Shown here: positions 25,087-32,000 of the stretch, piece after piece | How the letters are laid out: the number at the start of each line of letters is the position of its first letter | How positions within the stretch are numbered: the first letter of the stretch is position 1 | Source: Nitratidesulfovibrio vulgaris str. Hildenborough | Lineage (GTDB): Bacteria; Desulfobacterota; Desulfovibrionia; Desulfovibrionales; Desulfovibrionaceae | Length of the DNA stretch: 32,000 bases | Direction: 5' to 3' | Assembly (NCBI RefSeq): GCF_000195755.1 | Contig: NC_002937.3 | Location: 390,001 to 422,000 of the forward strand | Program-made: the position numbers and the translations under genes | Notes under the pieces: model-generated | Seen by the model: only the letters and a program-made list of their open reading frames with translations | Told to the model about the DNA's origin: nothing | The model's database searches: none

Positions 25087-25928
25087 ATGAGGCCCTCCTC
25101 GGTGCAGAGCGCGTTCACGGGACGGTCCCACGCTTCGGCGGGGAGGGCGTCCACAATCTGGAAGGCATGGGCGAAGCCGACCAGCGGCGTCGCGGACATG
25201 CCGGGGGTGGAGAGGAAACGGTCGTAGTAGCCGCCGCCGTAGCCGAGGCGGTTGCCCTGTCTGTCGAAGGCGACGCCGGGGATGATGGCGAGGTCGGGCG
25301 CAAAGGTCGGGGACTGCGGGTCGACAGGCGGGCAGCGCAGGGGCGAGGGTTCGGGAATGCCATGACTGCCGGGGCCGAGGTCGGCGGCACAGAGGCACGG
25401 GGCAAGGCACATGACGCCGGAACAGGCGGGGTCGCAGCGGGGCAGCAGAACCTCCTTGCCCGCCTCCCACGCGGTGCGCAGTAGCAGGTCCGTGTCGAGT
25501 TCGTTGCGGACGGCGACGTAGAGCACCACCTGCCGTGCCGTGACCCATGCCGGATGGGCAAGCAGGGCCGCCTGTGCCAAGGCGCCGTGACGCTGGGCCT
25601 CCTCCCTGTCGAGGTCGCGTCGCCGTTGCAGCATCTCCCGCCGCAGGGCGGTCTTGGCGGTTGCCATGTCCTGCGCAGCCGCGCCGCGGATGATGGAAGA
25701 GGGGGCGGGCGGTATGCCAGTCGGTGCCGGGGGGCTGTCACCTGTCGCGCGAGAATCGCCACCTGTGGCTTGAGCGGAAGTACCCGATGCCGAAGATGGG
25801 TCCACAGGTGCCGTCGCTGCGGAGTGTGCCGCGGTCACCTTCGCGTCATGCCGCGGCTTCCGTGTCGCATTGCCAGCTGATGCGGGAGATGCCGGAGATG
25901 CCGGTGAGGTGCTTCGTGGTTGGGTCAT
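25077..25928 (-). CDS. 5-formyltetrahydrofolate cyclo-ligase with a possible ~87-aa low-complexity N-terminal extension
   Basis: Core motifs: KTALRREMLQRR, VVLYVAVRNELDT, LLPRCD, DLAIIPGVAFDRQGNRLGYGGGYYDRFL. The start is uncertain, either 25928 or the internal ATG at 25667 (MATAKTALRREM). Confidence 0.75.
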   Translation of the reverse strand: MTQPRSTSPASPASPASAGNATRKPRHDAKVTAAHSAATAPVDPSSASGTSAQATGGDSRATGDSPPAPTGIPPAPSSIIRGAAAQDMATAKTALRREMLQRRRDLDREEAQRHGALAQAALLAHPAWVTARQVVLYVAVRNELDTDLLLRTAWEAGKEVLLPRCDPACSGVMCLAPCLCAADLGPGSHGIPEPSPLRCPPVDPQSPTFAPDLAIIPGVAFDRQGNRLGYGGGYYDRFLSTPGMSATPLVGFAHAFQIVDALPAEAWDRPVNALCTEEGLIWL

Positions 25929-26248
25929 GGCGCGTTCCGGTCGTGGATGGTGCGTGTCATGCGGCGCTGGTGTTGTCGCAACAGCCTGTCGGCACGGGGA
26001 CTTTTGTCAAACGCGAACGCATGCGCTACAGTGGCATCAGCGGCTCACTGATGGCGAGGCTTACGCAGCGGACACCTGACATGGTGCATACGACCTGACG
26101 ATAAGCCCGCGGGGCGTCTCCGATGCGGTTCCCCACGGTGTTATCCTGGAATGAAGCGATGGCACCGGCGTCGCGTATCCCGTGACCTCGTCACATGTTC
26201 CCCGGTCGTTTCGCCGGGCGCACTACTACTAGCAAGGAAGGCAATGCC

Positions 26249-26929
26249 ATGCAAAGCACACTCTGGTGGCTGGCGTTCGGTGACATCCACGACAATGTGT
26301 CGCGGCTTGAAGAACTGCCGGGACTTGCGGATGCCACAGGGGTCATCGTGACAGGCGACATCACCGTGGGCGGCGGTATCAAACAGGCTGAACGCTCTCT
26401 GGAGGCTGTCGCCCGCGTCAATCCGAACGTCCTCGCCCAGATAGGCAACATGGACAGGGGCGAGGTGACGGAATGGCTTGAGACCAGAGGGTGGAACCTG
26501 CACGCCTCTGTGCGCGAGGTCGCACCCGGTGCCGCCATCGTGGGGGTGGGGGCGTCCACCTTCACGCCATTCGGTACGCCCAGTGAATTCCCGGAATCGC
26601 GCTTCTCCGCATGGCTGGATGACATCCACAGGACGCTTCGTGAACGGGGGCTGCGACGTGTGCTGCTCGTTTCCCACAATCCCCCGCACCACACCTTGTG
26701 CGACAGGGTGGGAGACAGGCACGTGGGCAGTACCGCCGTACGCGAGTTCATCGAAGAGGTGCAGCCCGACGTATGCGTGTGCGGGCACATCCACGAGTCG
26801 CGTGGTGTCGACCGCATTGGGCGTACGGTGGTGGTGAACCCCGGAACGCTGCTTTCCGGGGGCTATGTGGTTGTGCGGCTTGCCGGGGAAGGCGGCTTCG
26901 CGGCTGAACTCAATGTGCTGAAACCCTAG
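26249..26929 (+). CDS. Calcineurin-like metallophosphoesterase
   Basis: ATG 26249 follows AAGGAAGG. Motif series: WLAFGDIHDN, VTGDIT, GNMD, VSHNPP, CGHIHES, VNPG. Confidence 0.75.
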   Translation: MQSTLWWLAFGDIHDNVSRLEELPGLADATGVIVTGDITVGGGIKQAERSLEAVARVNPNVLAQIGNMDRGEVTEWLETRGWNLHASVREVAPGAAIVGVGASTFTPFGTPSEFPESRFSAWLDDIHRTLRERGLRRVLLVSHNPPHHTLCDRVGDRHVGSTAVREFIEEVQPDVCVCGHIHESRGVDRIGRTVVVNPGTLLSGGYVVVRLAGEGGFAAELNVLKP

Positions 26930-26996
26930 AGGGCGGTTGCATCCCCCCTGGTGTTCGCACCCGGAAAAGAAAAATGTGCTTTTTTGAAATTCCTTG

Positions 26997-27025
26997 TTGA
27001 CATCGGAGAGGCACAAGCATAGTTT
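26997..27025 (+). promoter_or_regulatory. Candidate strong sigma-70 promoter for tRNA-fMet, with an AT-rich UP-like element and GC-rich discriminator
   Basis: Perfect TTGACA (26997-27002), a 17-nt spacer, then TAGTTT (27020-27025). Upstream is gaaaagaaaaatgtgcttttttgaaatt and downstream is ccgcttcccgg. The tRNA starts about 45 nt further on. Confidence 0.45.
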
Positions 27026-27072
27026 CCGCTTCCCGGACGAGAGACGCCTTCTGGCGGATGTCCGGAACATGT

Positions 27073-27149
<77 letters not shown>

Positions 27150-27157
27150 GAATCGCA

Positions 27158-27190
27158 AGCGCGTATGGGAACACCCCATACGCGCTTTTC
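27158..27190 (+). terminator. Intrinsic terminator after tRNA-fMet
   Basis: 12-bp stem AGCGCGTATGGG / CCCATACGCGCT, loop AACAC, followed by TTTC. Confidence 0.75.
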
Positions 27191-27319
27191 GCGTATGCGG
27201 CGGTGTCTTGTTGCTTCCTCGTCCCTGTTGTCATTTCTCCCATTTTTTGTGCTCTGCGAGCATGTCCTTCGCGTCGTGCATGGGCTTTGGCTGTGCGTGC
27301 GCTGTGAGGGTTGTCGGGT

Positions 27320-27356
27320 GTCACACAAGTTGAGAAAATGCGTCACGCAAGTTGAG
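27320..27356 (+). repeat. 15-bp direct repeat (GTCACRCAAGTTGAG) x2 at 22-bp spacing in non-coding DNA
   Basis: gtcacacaagttgag (27320-27334) and gtcacgcaagttgag (27342-27356), with a partial third copy gtcacgc at 27419-27425. An 8-bp hairpin GGCGCACA/TGTGCGCC plus a T-rich run follows at 27380-27410. Confidence 0.5.
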
Positions 27357-27978
27357 CACGTTGCTTCAGAATCTGCCGGGGCGCACAGCGTTGTGCGCCT
27401 CGTTCGTTTGTAAGGGGTGTCACGCGGAAACCCTGTCCACATCGCACGCCCCACGGCGTGGACATGGGGGCAATGACACACCCCCGCCGATAGCCACTCA
27501 TGCATACTGCCCCCGTCATTCTCTTCCCCGTCTCCCGGTGGGGCGACCGCTGTCGGTCCTCATCCGTAACGATGTCGCGGGGCAGGCTGCTGCTGGAAGA
27601 GGCGCAGACAGTTGATGCCCTTCGAAGGTGGCTGTCCTGCGGGAGGCGGTGCGCGATTCTGCCGCATGGCGTTCAGCAAAGGGGATGTCCGGCGTCGTCT
27701 GGGAATGGCTTCTCCTGTCCGGCGGAGTGGGGAGGGGGCATGACGCAAGCCGTGAATACATCGGTTGGGGGTAGCGGCGGGAAGGCACAGCCCCTTGCAG
27801 GGGAACGTGGCAGGGTCTGAGGTGCAGCAGCGTTGTCTTTCATGGGAGTGTCGTCGGTCAGCCTCACGGAGGGTTGTGAAGGATGCGTGGTGGCTGAAAG
27901 GGCTGCCGAAGGGAACAGAAGTCCAGAATCGGTGCATTTCTGGTGAAACAGAATATATCTACATAGTTGAGCAGGAAT

Positions 27979-28055
27979 GTTGCGAATGCAACGTGTGTAT
28001 TTTTTCAGCGTTGCGAATGCAACATTTTATTGATTTGATGTTGCGAATGCAACAT
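27979..28055. promoter_or_regulatory. Three identical palindromic operator-like sites GTTGC-GAAT-GCAAC phased at 30-31 bp, upstream of the porin gene
   Basis: Exact 14-mers gttgcgaatgcaac occur at 27979-27992, 28010-28023 and 28040-28053. The third extends to an 18-bp dyad ATGTTGCGAATGCAACAT (28038-28055). The spacing corresponds to about three helical turns. Confidence 0.6.
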
Positions 28056-28083
28056 TTTTCAGTAAAATGCTTGCAGCATGGAG

Positions 28084-28109
28084 TGGTTTTTATGTTGCAT
28101 TGGTAACAT
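28084..28109 (+). promoter_or_regulatory. Degenerate fourth dyad overlapping a sigma-54-like -24/-12 element (hypothetical)
   Basis: TGGTTTTTATGTTGCA (28084-28099) has GG and TTGCA at the canonical TGGCAC-N5-TTGCA spacing but lacks the CAC. The dyad ATGTTGC-ATTG-GTAACAT (28092-28109) has one arm mismatch. Confidence 0.3.
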
Positions 28110-28411
28110 CGATACATTTTTTTGTGATTTTTTTATCGAGTATGTGGCGGCCTGTGCAGTATGTCACTATACATAAATGTACAATCGTTCTATCAGTTTT
28201 TTAAAAATATATCTTTAATTACAGTGTATTTTGCGAATATTCCGGTAATTATCAAAAATAATGACAATTACGTTAATATTATCAAGATGCTCTGCGCGTC
28301 ATGTGGCCAGTTCAAGATGATTTTGATCTGTTGATGGCTCATTTGCTTTAAATTAACTTTGCATCGGGTTTCAGGATTATTACACCCCTTGTAAAGAAGG
28401 AAGGACTGCAA

Positions 28412-29836
28412 ATGAAACGTGTAGCTGCCATACTTGTAGCGTGCGGGCTCGTTTTAGGAGCCTACTCTGGTGCGCATGCGGCAGACATCAAGGCCAAGGG
28501 CGTTTGGGCCATCGATTTTTCATGGCTTGACAGTGGCGATTACACCTCAATGGCTGACGACGGCAAAAGCGACGACGACTTCTCGGCAAGCCAGCGTCTG
28601 CGTACACAGATAGACATCATCGCAAGCGATTCCCTGAGGGGGGTCGTGTTCTTCGAAATCGGCAATACCGTGTGGGGCCGTGGTGCCAACGACCACGGTG
28701 GCGCCCTCGGTGCCGACGAGGCCAATATCGAAGTCCGTCGTTCGTACATCGACTGGATAGTGCCCAACACAGACCTGAAGGTCCGCATGGGCATTCAGGG
28801 TCTGGTCATGCCCGGCGCGGTGGCTGGCACCTCTCCTGTATTCCAGGATGACGTGGCGGCCCTCACACTGAGCCAGCGCATCACTGACATGTACAGCGTC
28901 ACGGCGTTCTGGGCGCGTCCTGCCGACGTGAGCAACGGTTCCGAGAAGGGCAATGCCTTTGATGAAATCGACGTGTTCGGCCTCGTGGTGCCCGTGACGC
29001 TCGACGGGTTCAAGATAAGCCCCTACGGCATGTATTCTTCGCTGGGCAAGGACGCCAACTTCGTCGGTTCGACCAACGGCGGCGCTCCGCTGCTCGCAGG
29101 CATGCGCAGCATGTCCGAAGTGGCTAACGGCAGTGCCGCCAAGCCGTTCGATGGCCGCTCCAACACGTACGATGCGTGGTGGGCCGGTACTTCCTTCGAG
29201 ATGAACTACCTCGCTCCCTTCTCGCTGAAGCTGGACGCCGTCTACGGCAGCAAGACCGCTGACGATGCCGATTCCGCCGAGCGTGCTGGCTGGTTTGTCG
29301 CCGCCCTGGCAGAGTACAAGCTCGACATGGTGACCCCCGGCGTCCTCGCATGGTACGGCTCCGGCGAAGATGACGACCTCGGCAACGGTTCCGAGCGCAT
29401 GCCCTCCCTGTCTCCCACCGCATGGGGTGTGACGAGCTTCGGCTTCCCCGGTTCGGTGTACCGTCAGGACCTCTACTTCGGACGCAACGGTGCAGGCAGC
29501 TGGGCCCTTGGCCTGCAGCTTGACGACATCACCTACATGGAGAAGCTGTCGCATGTGGCCCGCGTGGTCTACATGAAGGGCACCAGCGACGGCGACGTGA
29601 TCAAGAACAACGCGGACGTGCGTAGCGCTTTCGAACCCGGTCGCGGAGAAGTGTTCCTCACTGAAGAGGACAGCGCCATCGAAGTGAACTTCGATACGAC
29701 CTACAAGATCTACGATAACCTTTCCGTGGTGCTCGAGACCGGCTGGATCAAGCTCAACATGGACAAGGACGTCTGGGCCGACAAGGACTACTCTGACGCG
29801 AAGAAGTTCGTCTTCAACTTCGTGTACGACTTCTAG
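28412..29836 (+). CDS. Outer-membrane beta-barrel porin (Desulfovibrio-type major porin family, by recollection)
   Basis: 474 aa with an AAGGAAGGA RBS. Signal peptide MKRVAAILVACGLVLGAYSGAHA|AD. The sequence shows alternating amphipathic strands and is rich in G/D/N/Y/W. The C-terminus FVFNFVYDF ends in Phe, the OMP sorting signature. Confidence 0.8.
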   Translation: MKRVAAILVACGLVLGAYSGAHAADIKAKGVWAIDFSWLDSGDYTSMADDGKSDDDFSASQRLRTQIDIIASDSLRGVVFFEIGNTVWGRGANDHGGALGADEANIEVRRSYIDWIVPNTDLKVRMGIQGLVMPGAVAGTSPVFQDDVAALTLSQRITDMYSVTAFWARPADVSNGSEKGNAFDEIDVFGLVVPVTLDGFKISPYGMYSSLGKDANFVGSTNGGAPLLAGMRSMSEVANGSAAKPFDGRSNTYDAWWAGTSFEMNYLAPFSLKLDAVYGSKTADDADSAERAGWFVAALAEYKLDMVTPGVLAWYGSGEDDDLGNGSERMPSLSPTAWGVTSFGFPGSVYRQDLYFGRNGAGSWALGLQLDDITYMEKLSHVARVVYMKGTSDGDVIKNNADVRSAFEPGRGEVFLTEEDSAIEVNFDTTYKIYDNLSVVLETGWIKLNMDKDVWADKDYSDAKKFVFNFVYDF

Positions 29837-29928
29837 CCGAAGGCTTGCCTGAAACCCGCCTAGCCGGGGGCCGCAAGGCTCCCGGCATAGTGCGTTCCTG
29901 TGACGGGGGGGATGCCCGGCACAATGAA

Positions 29929-29965
29929 AGGCCCTTGCACTGCTGTGCAAGGGCCTGCCGTTTTC
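29929..29965 (+). terminator. Intrinsic terminator of the porin gene
   Basis: 12-bp stem AGGCCCTTGCAC / GTGCAAGGGCCT, loop TGCT, then GCCGTTTTC. A second hairpin with a GCAA tetraloop lies at 29864-29885. Confidence 0.8.
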
Positions 29966-30135
29966 AAGCACCTGACCGGCCGGGGGGTGACTTTCTGCTC
30001 TTAGGGGGATGCCCGCGATGCCCGACAGGTTGTGGGGCTCCGGGACCCATGTCTCCTTACAGGGATTGTCTTTGGTGCGACCCGCAACGCAACGGTGCAG
30101 GCTGTCTGGGGCGGGGTGACGACTGCCTGATGCTC

Positions 30136-30828
30136 TCAGGCGCTTCTGCGGGTGGCCGCAAAGGCGAGGATGAGGCCCAGCATGATGCCGAGAGCGGCTG
30201 CGAACAGCATCTGGAATTCGCCCGGAAGCATGAAGGTGATGGTGTGCGCGGGTATCCAGAAGAAGGGGATGGTCTTGCGGAACACGAAGTTCCACATGAT
30301 GTCCCAGTCTATCCTGCGCAATATCCCCGCCACGTCCATGGGGCGCAGGGCTCCGGCAAGAGTGCCGCCGGTGTCGCTGATGTGGGTGTCGGTGACCTTG
30401 TGCAGGGTCATCATCCACGGCCCGAAGACGCAGTTCAGGGTGGCGCTCACCGCGAAGGCGGTGAGCAGCTTCAGCCCGAGCGGGCCTGAGGCCAGTGTCG
30501 CTGAGGAAACGCCGAGCCCCATGGCCCCGAGAAGGGCAGGAACCCCCACTGCGAAGATGCTGAACGCTCCCTTGATGATGACGCCAAGCAGCCCCCAGAC
30601 CAGCATCTTGGGCAGCACGCCGAAGCCGGGGCGGTCATACGCCCCGCTCACGAGCCGGAGCGCAAGACACTCCCCGAAAGTGGCAAGGACGGCGAATTTC
30701 ACGAAGCTCATGGAGTAGCCGTGATGTTTGCTCAGGTCTTCGAAGGTCTCCATGGCACCGGGGACGAACGAGAAGAAAGCCAGCACGGAACAGACGGTCC
30801 CGATGGCGATGATGTCGGATCGTTTCAT
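30136..30828 (-). CDS. Integral membrane protein of unknown function (about 6 hydrophobic helices)
   Basis: 230 aa with an ATG start. It has repeated hydrophobic spans: IIAIGTVCSVLAFFSFV, FVKFAVLATFGECLALRLV, LVWGLLGVIIKGAFSIFAVGVPALLGAMGLGV, LLTAFAVSATLNCVFGPW, MLFAAALGIMLGLILAFAA. I recognise no family motif. Confidence 0.6.
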   Translation of the reverse strand: MKRSDIIAIGTVCSVLAFFSFVPGAMETFEDLSKHHGYSMSFVKFAVLATFGECLALRLVSGAYDRPGFGVLPKMLVWGLLGVIIKGAFSIFAVGVPALLGAMGLGVSSATLASGPLGLKLLTAFAVSATLNCVFGPWMMTLHKVTDTHISDTGGTLAGALRPMDVAGILRRIDWDIMWNFVFRKTIPFFWIPAHTITFMLPGEFQMLFAAALGIMLGLILAFAATRRSA

Positions 30829-30885
30829 GATGGTGTTCGATATGGTTCGGGGCGGTGCCTTGTGGTCACCGCCCCGGTTGGTTAG

Positions 30886-32000
30886 CTAGATGGCTGCCTC
30901 GGCGCGGAGGGCGTCGGCGTGGAGTCGTGCCTCGATGTACTGCGCGAGGGTCGCAACGGCCCGGTCGCATACCGGGAATACCGGAATGCCGCAGGCGTTG
31001 AGGACGTCACGCAGGGGGTCGTACAGCTTGCCACCGTCGATGACGCCAAGGATGGGCTTGTCGCAGCCTGCGGCAACACTGCCGAGAAGGGAGGCGATGC
31101 CATTCGCCGCTGTCATGTCGAACGCGGGCACGTCCGTCCCGGACAGGGTGTGCATGGCGGGCGAAAGGGGGTCGAGGCCTATGACGACGGCGTCCACTCC
31201 GTCATCGCTGGCGAGAATCCCCGCTACCGTGGCGTGGGCCTCGTCATCGGCCGAGGGGTTGATGTCCAGCGGGTTGTGCACGCTGACAAGACCCGCCAGC
31301 TTCTTGGCCTGTAACACTGCGGTGATCCTTTCGTGCGTTGCTTCAGAGAACGAGGCAAGGCGAATCTGGTAGTCGTCAGACTGGATGGAGTCTGCCATGC
31401 CGACGGCCTCGAAACCTGCACCGCTGACTGCGGCAAGGCGGTTGCCGCGTATCCTCTTGGAGGCGAGAGTCTCTGCCAGCATGAAAAGGTCCTGAAACTC
31501 CGTGAAGTTGCGGGCGACCATGGCCCCGGCCTGACGCACGCACGATTCGCAGACCATGTAGTCGCCTGCGAGTGAGGCCGTGTGGCCGCTCGTGGCGTTT
31601 TTGCCCTCGGGGGTGCGTCCTGCCTTGTAGAAGAGTACCTCCTTGCCTGCGAGGACGGCTTCACGCACGGCAGTGCAGAACTCGAGCCCGTCGAGGTCGT
31701 TGAACCCTTCGGCGTATACGGCGATGACATCCACCTTGTCGGAGTCTTTGAAGTACTTCACCATGTCGCCAAGGGTCAGGTCTGTCTGGTTGCCCATGGA
31801 GACCATGTAGGCGGGGTTGAGTTCAGGGCATTGACTCGAACGGTGAAGCATGAACGCACCCGACTGGCTCACCAGCGCGGCACGGTGGTAGCTGGCCTCA
31901 CGGTTCTTGGGCAGCTTCTCTTCAGGGATGAACCACGTGTCGTACCTGCCGGGGTGCGAGACCACACCCATGCAGTTGGCGCCGAGGAACACGGGGCCCC
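30886..32000 (-). CDS. NDP-forming acyl-CoA (acetyl-CoA) synthetase-family protein, CoA-binding/ligase alpha-type domains; the N-terminus lies beyond the window end
   Basis: The frame is open to position 32000. Motifs: FLGANCMGVV, ALVSQSGAF, MVSMGNQTDLTLGDMVKYFKDSDKVDVIAVYAEGF, and the phosphohistidine segment KNATSGHTASLAGD. Confidence 0.8.
   Translation of the reverse strand, partial: GPVFLGANCMGVVSHPGRYDTWFIPEEKLPKNREASYHRAALVSQSGAFMLHRSSQCPELNPAYMVSMGNQTDLTLGDMVKYFKDSDKVDVIAVYAEGFNDLDGLEFCTAVREAVLAGKEVLFYKAGRTPEGKNATSGHTASLAGDYMVCESCVRQAGAMVARNFTEFQDLFMLAETLASKRIRGNRLAAVSGAGFEAVGMADSIQSDDYQIRLASFSEATHERITAVLQAKKLAGLVSVHNPLDINPSADDEAHATVAGILASDDGVDAVVIGLDPLSPAMHTLSGTDVPAFDMTAANGIASLLGSVAAGCDKPILGVIDGGKLYDPLRDVLNACGIPVFPVCDRAVATLAQYIEARLHADALRAEAAI

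Noticed and set aside
26160-26175. Sigma-54-like element TGGCAC-CGGCG-TCGC about 75 nt upstream of the metallophosphoesterase gene.
   Set aside because: The same chance-expectation argument applies. There are no upstream enhancer-like repeats, and the -12 region is TCGC rather than TTGC. It is worth a glance only if rpoN-dependent expression data exist.
27507-27515. A 9-nt match (ctgcccccg) to the 3' end of tRNA-fMet (27135-27143), as a possible att duplication marking an integrated element.
   Set aside because: The match is too short and GC-rich to be meaningful. There is no integrase, no phage or plasmid genes, and no compositional shift between the two copies.
27352-27820. ORFs 27352..27615 and 27500..27820 as possible small proteins downstream of tRNA-fMet.
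   Set aside because: They have no RBS, overlap each other, and have Arg/Cys/Gly/Trp-heavy translations without hydrophobic-core periodicity. I treat them as non-coding pending expression data.
27979-28109. Possibility that the regularly spaced 14-bp repeats form a mini CRISPR array.
   Set aside because: The repeats are only 14 bp with 16-17 bp spacers, far below CRISPR dimensions. There are only three exact copies and no cas genes, and they sit directly upstream of a gene in AT-rich promoter-like DNA.

Overview
High-GC bacterial chromosomal segment, roughly two-thirds G+C by eye. Gene content and order remind me of a Desulfovibrio/Nitratidesulfovibrio-type sulfate reducer, but that is recollection and is not verified. 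I support about 27 protein genes, 2 tRNAs (Thr-GGU and initiator Met-CAU), one leader-peptide attenuator, several intrinsic terminators and a few repeat or operator arrays. I see no rRNA, CRISPR array, transposase, integrase or recognisable defence genes.

Layout:
- 1-1483: methyl-accepting chemotaxis protein (MCP), partial.
- 1830-11903: eight-gene minus-strand surface-glycan operon. It encodes an Fe-ADH, a DegT aminotransferase, a cytidylyltransferase fused to a PseG-like domain, an SpsF-like cytidylyltransferase, a NeuB-family synthase, an orphan 574-aa protein, a hexapeptide acetyltransferase and a Wzx flippase.
- 12499-18694: YbaY-like lipoprotein, a PAS-GGDEF cyclase, tag, two Methyltransf_24-like genes bracketing tRNA-Thr, and a HesB/IscA-like gene.
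- 19087-21410: ilvBN preceded by a Val/Thr-rich leader peptide and terminator.
- 21461-25928: minus-strand operon of 5-formyl-THF cyclo-ligase, pgeF, pabA, pabB and pabC.
- 26249-27190: metallophosphoesterase, then tRNA-fMet.
- 27191-27940: about 750 bp of apparently non-coding GC-rich DNA.
- 27940-28411: sharply AT-rich island carrying phased palindromes, upstream of an outer-membrane porin gene (28412-29836).
- 30136-32000: a membrane protein and a partial NDP-forming acyl-CoA synthetase.

The best candidate for something undescribed is the glycan operon. It combines sialic-acid-like (NeuB/PseG/CMP-transferase) machinery with an Fe-ADH plus aminotransferase pair. That pair is the logic of the Shewanella Kdo8N (KdnB/KdnA) pathway. 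The operon lacks the canonical 4,6-dehydratase and GNAT steps.

All functional calls come from reading motifs in the translations. No database search was run.
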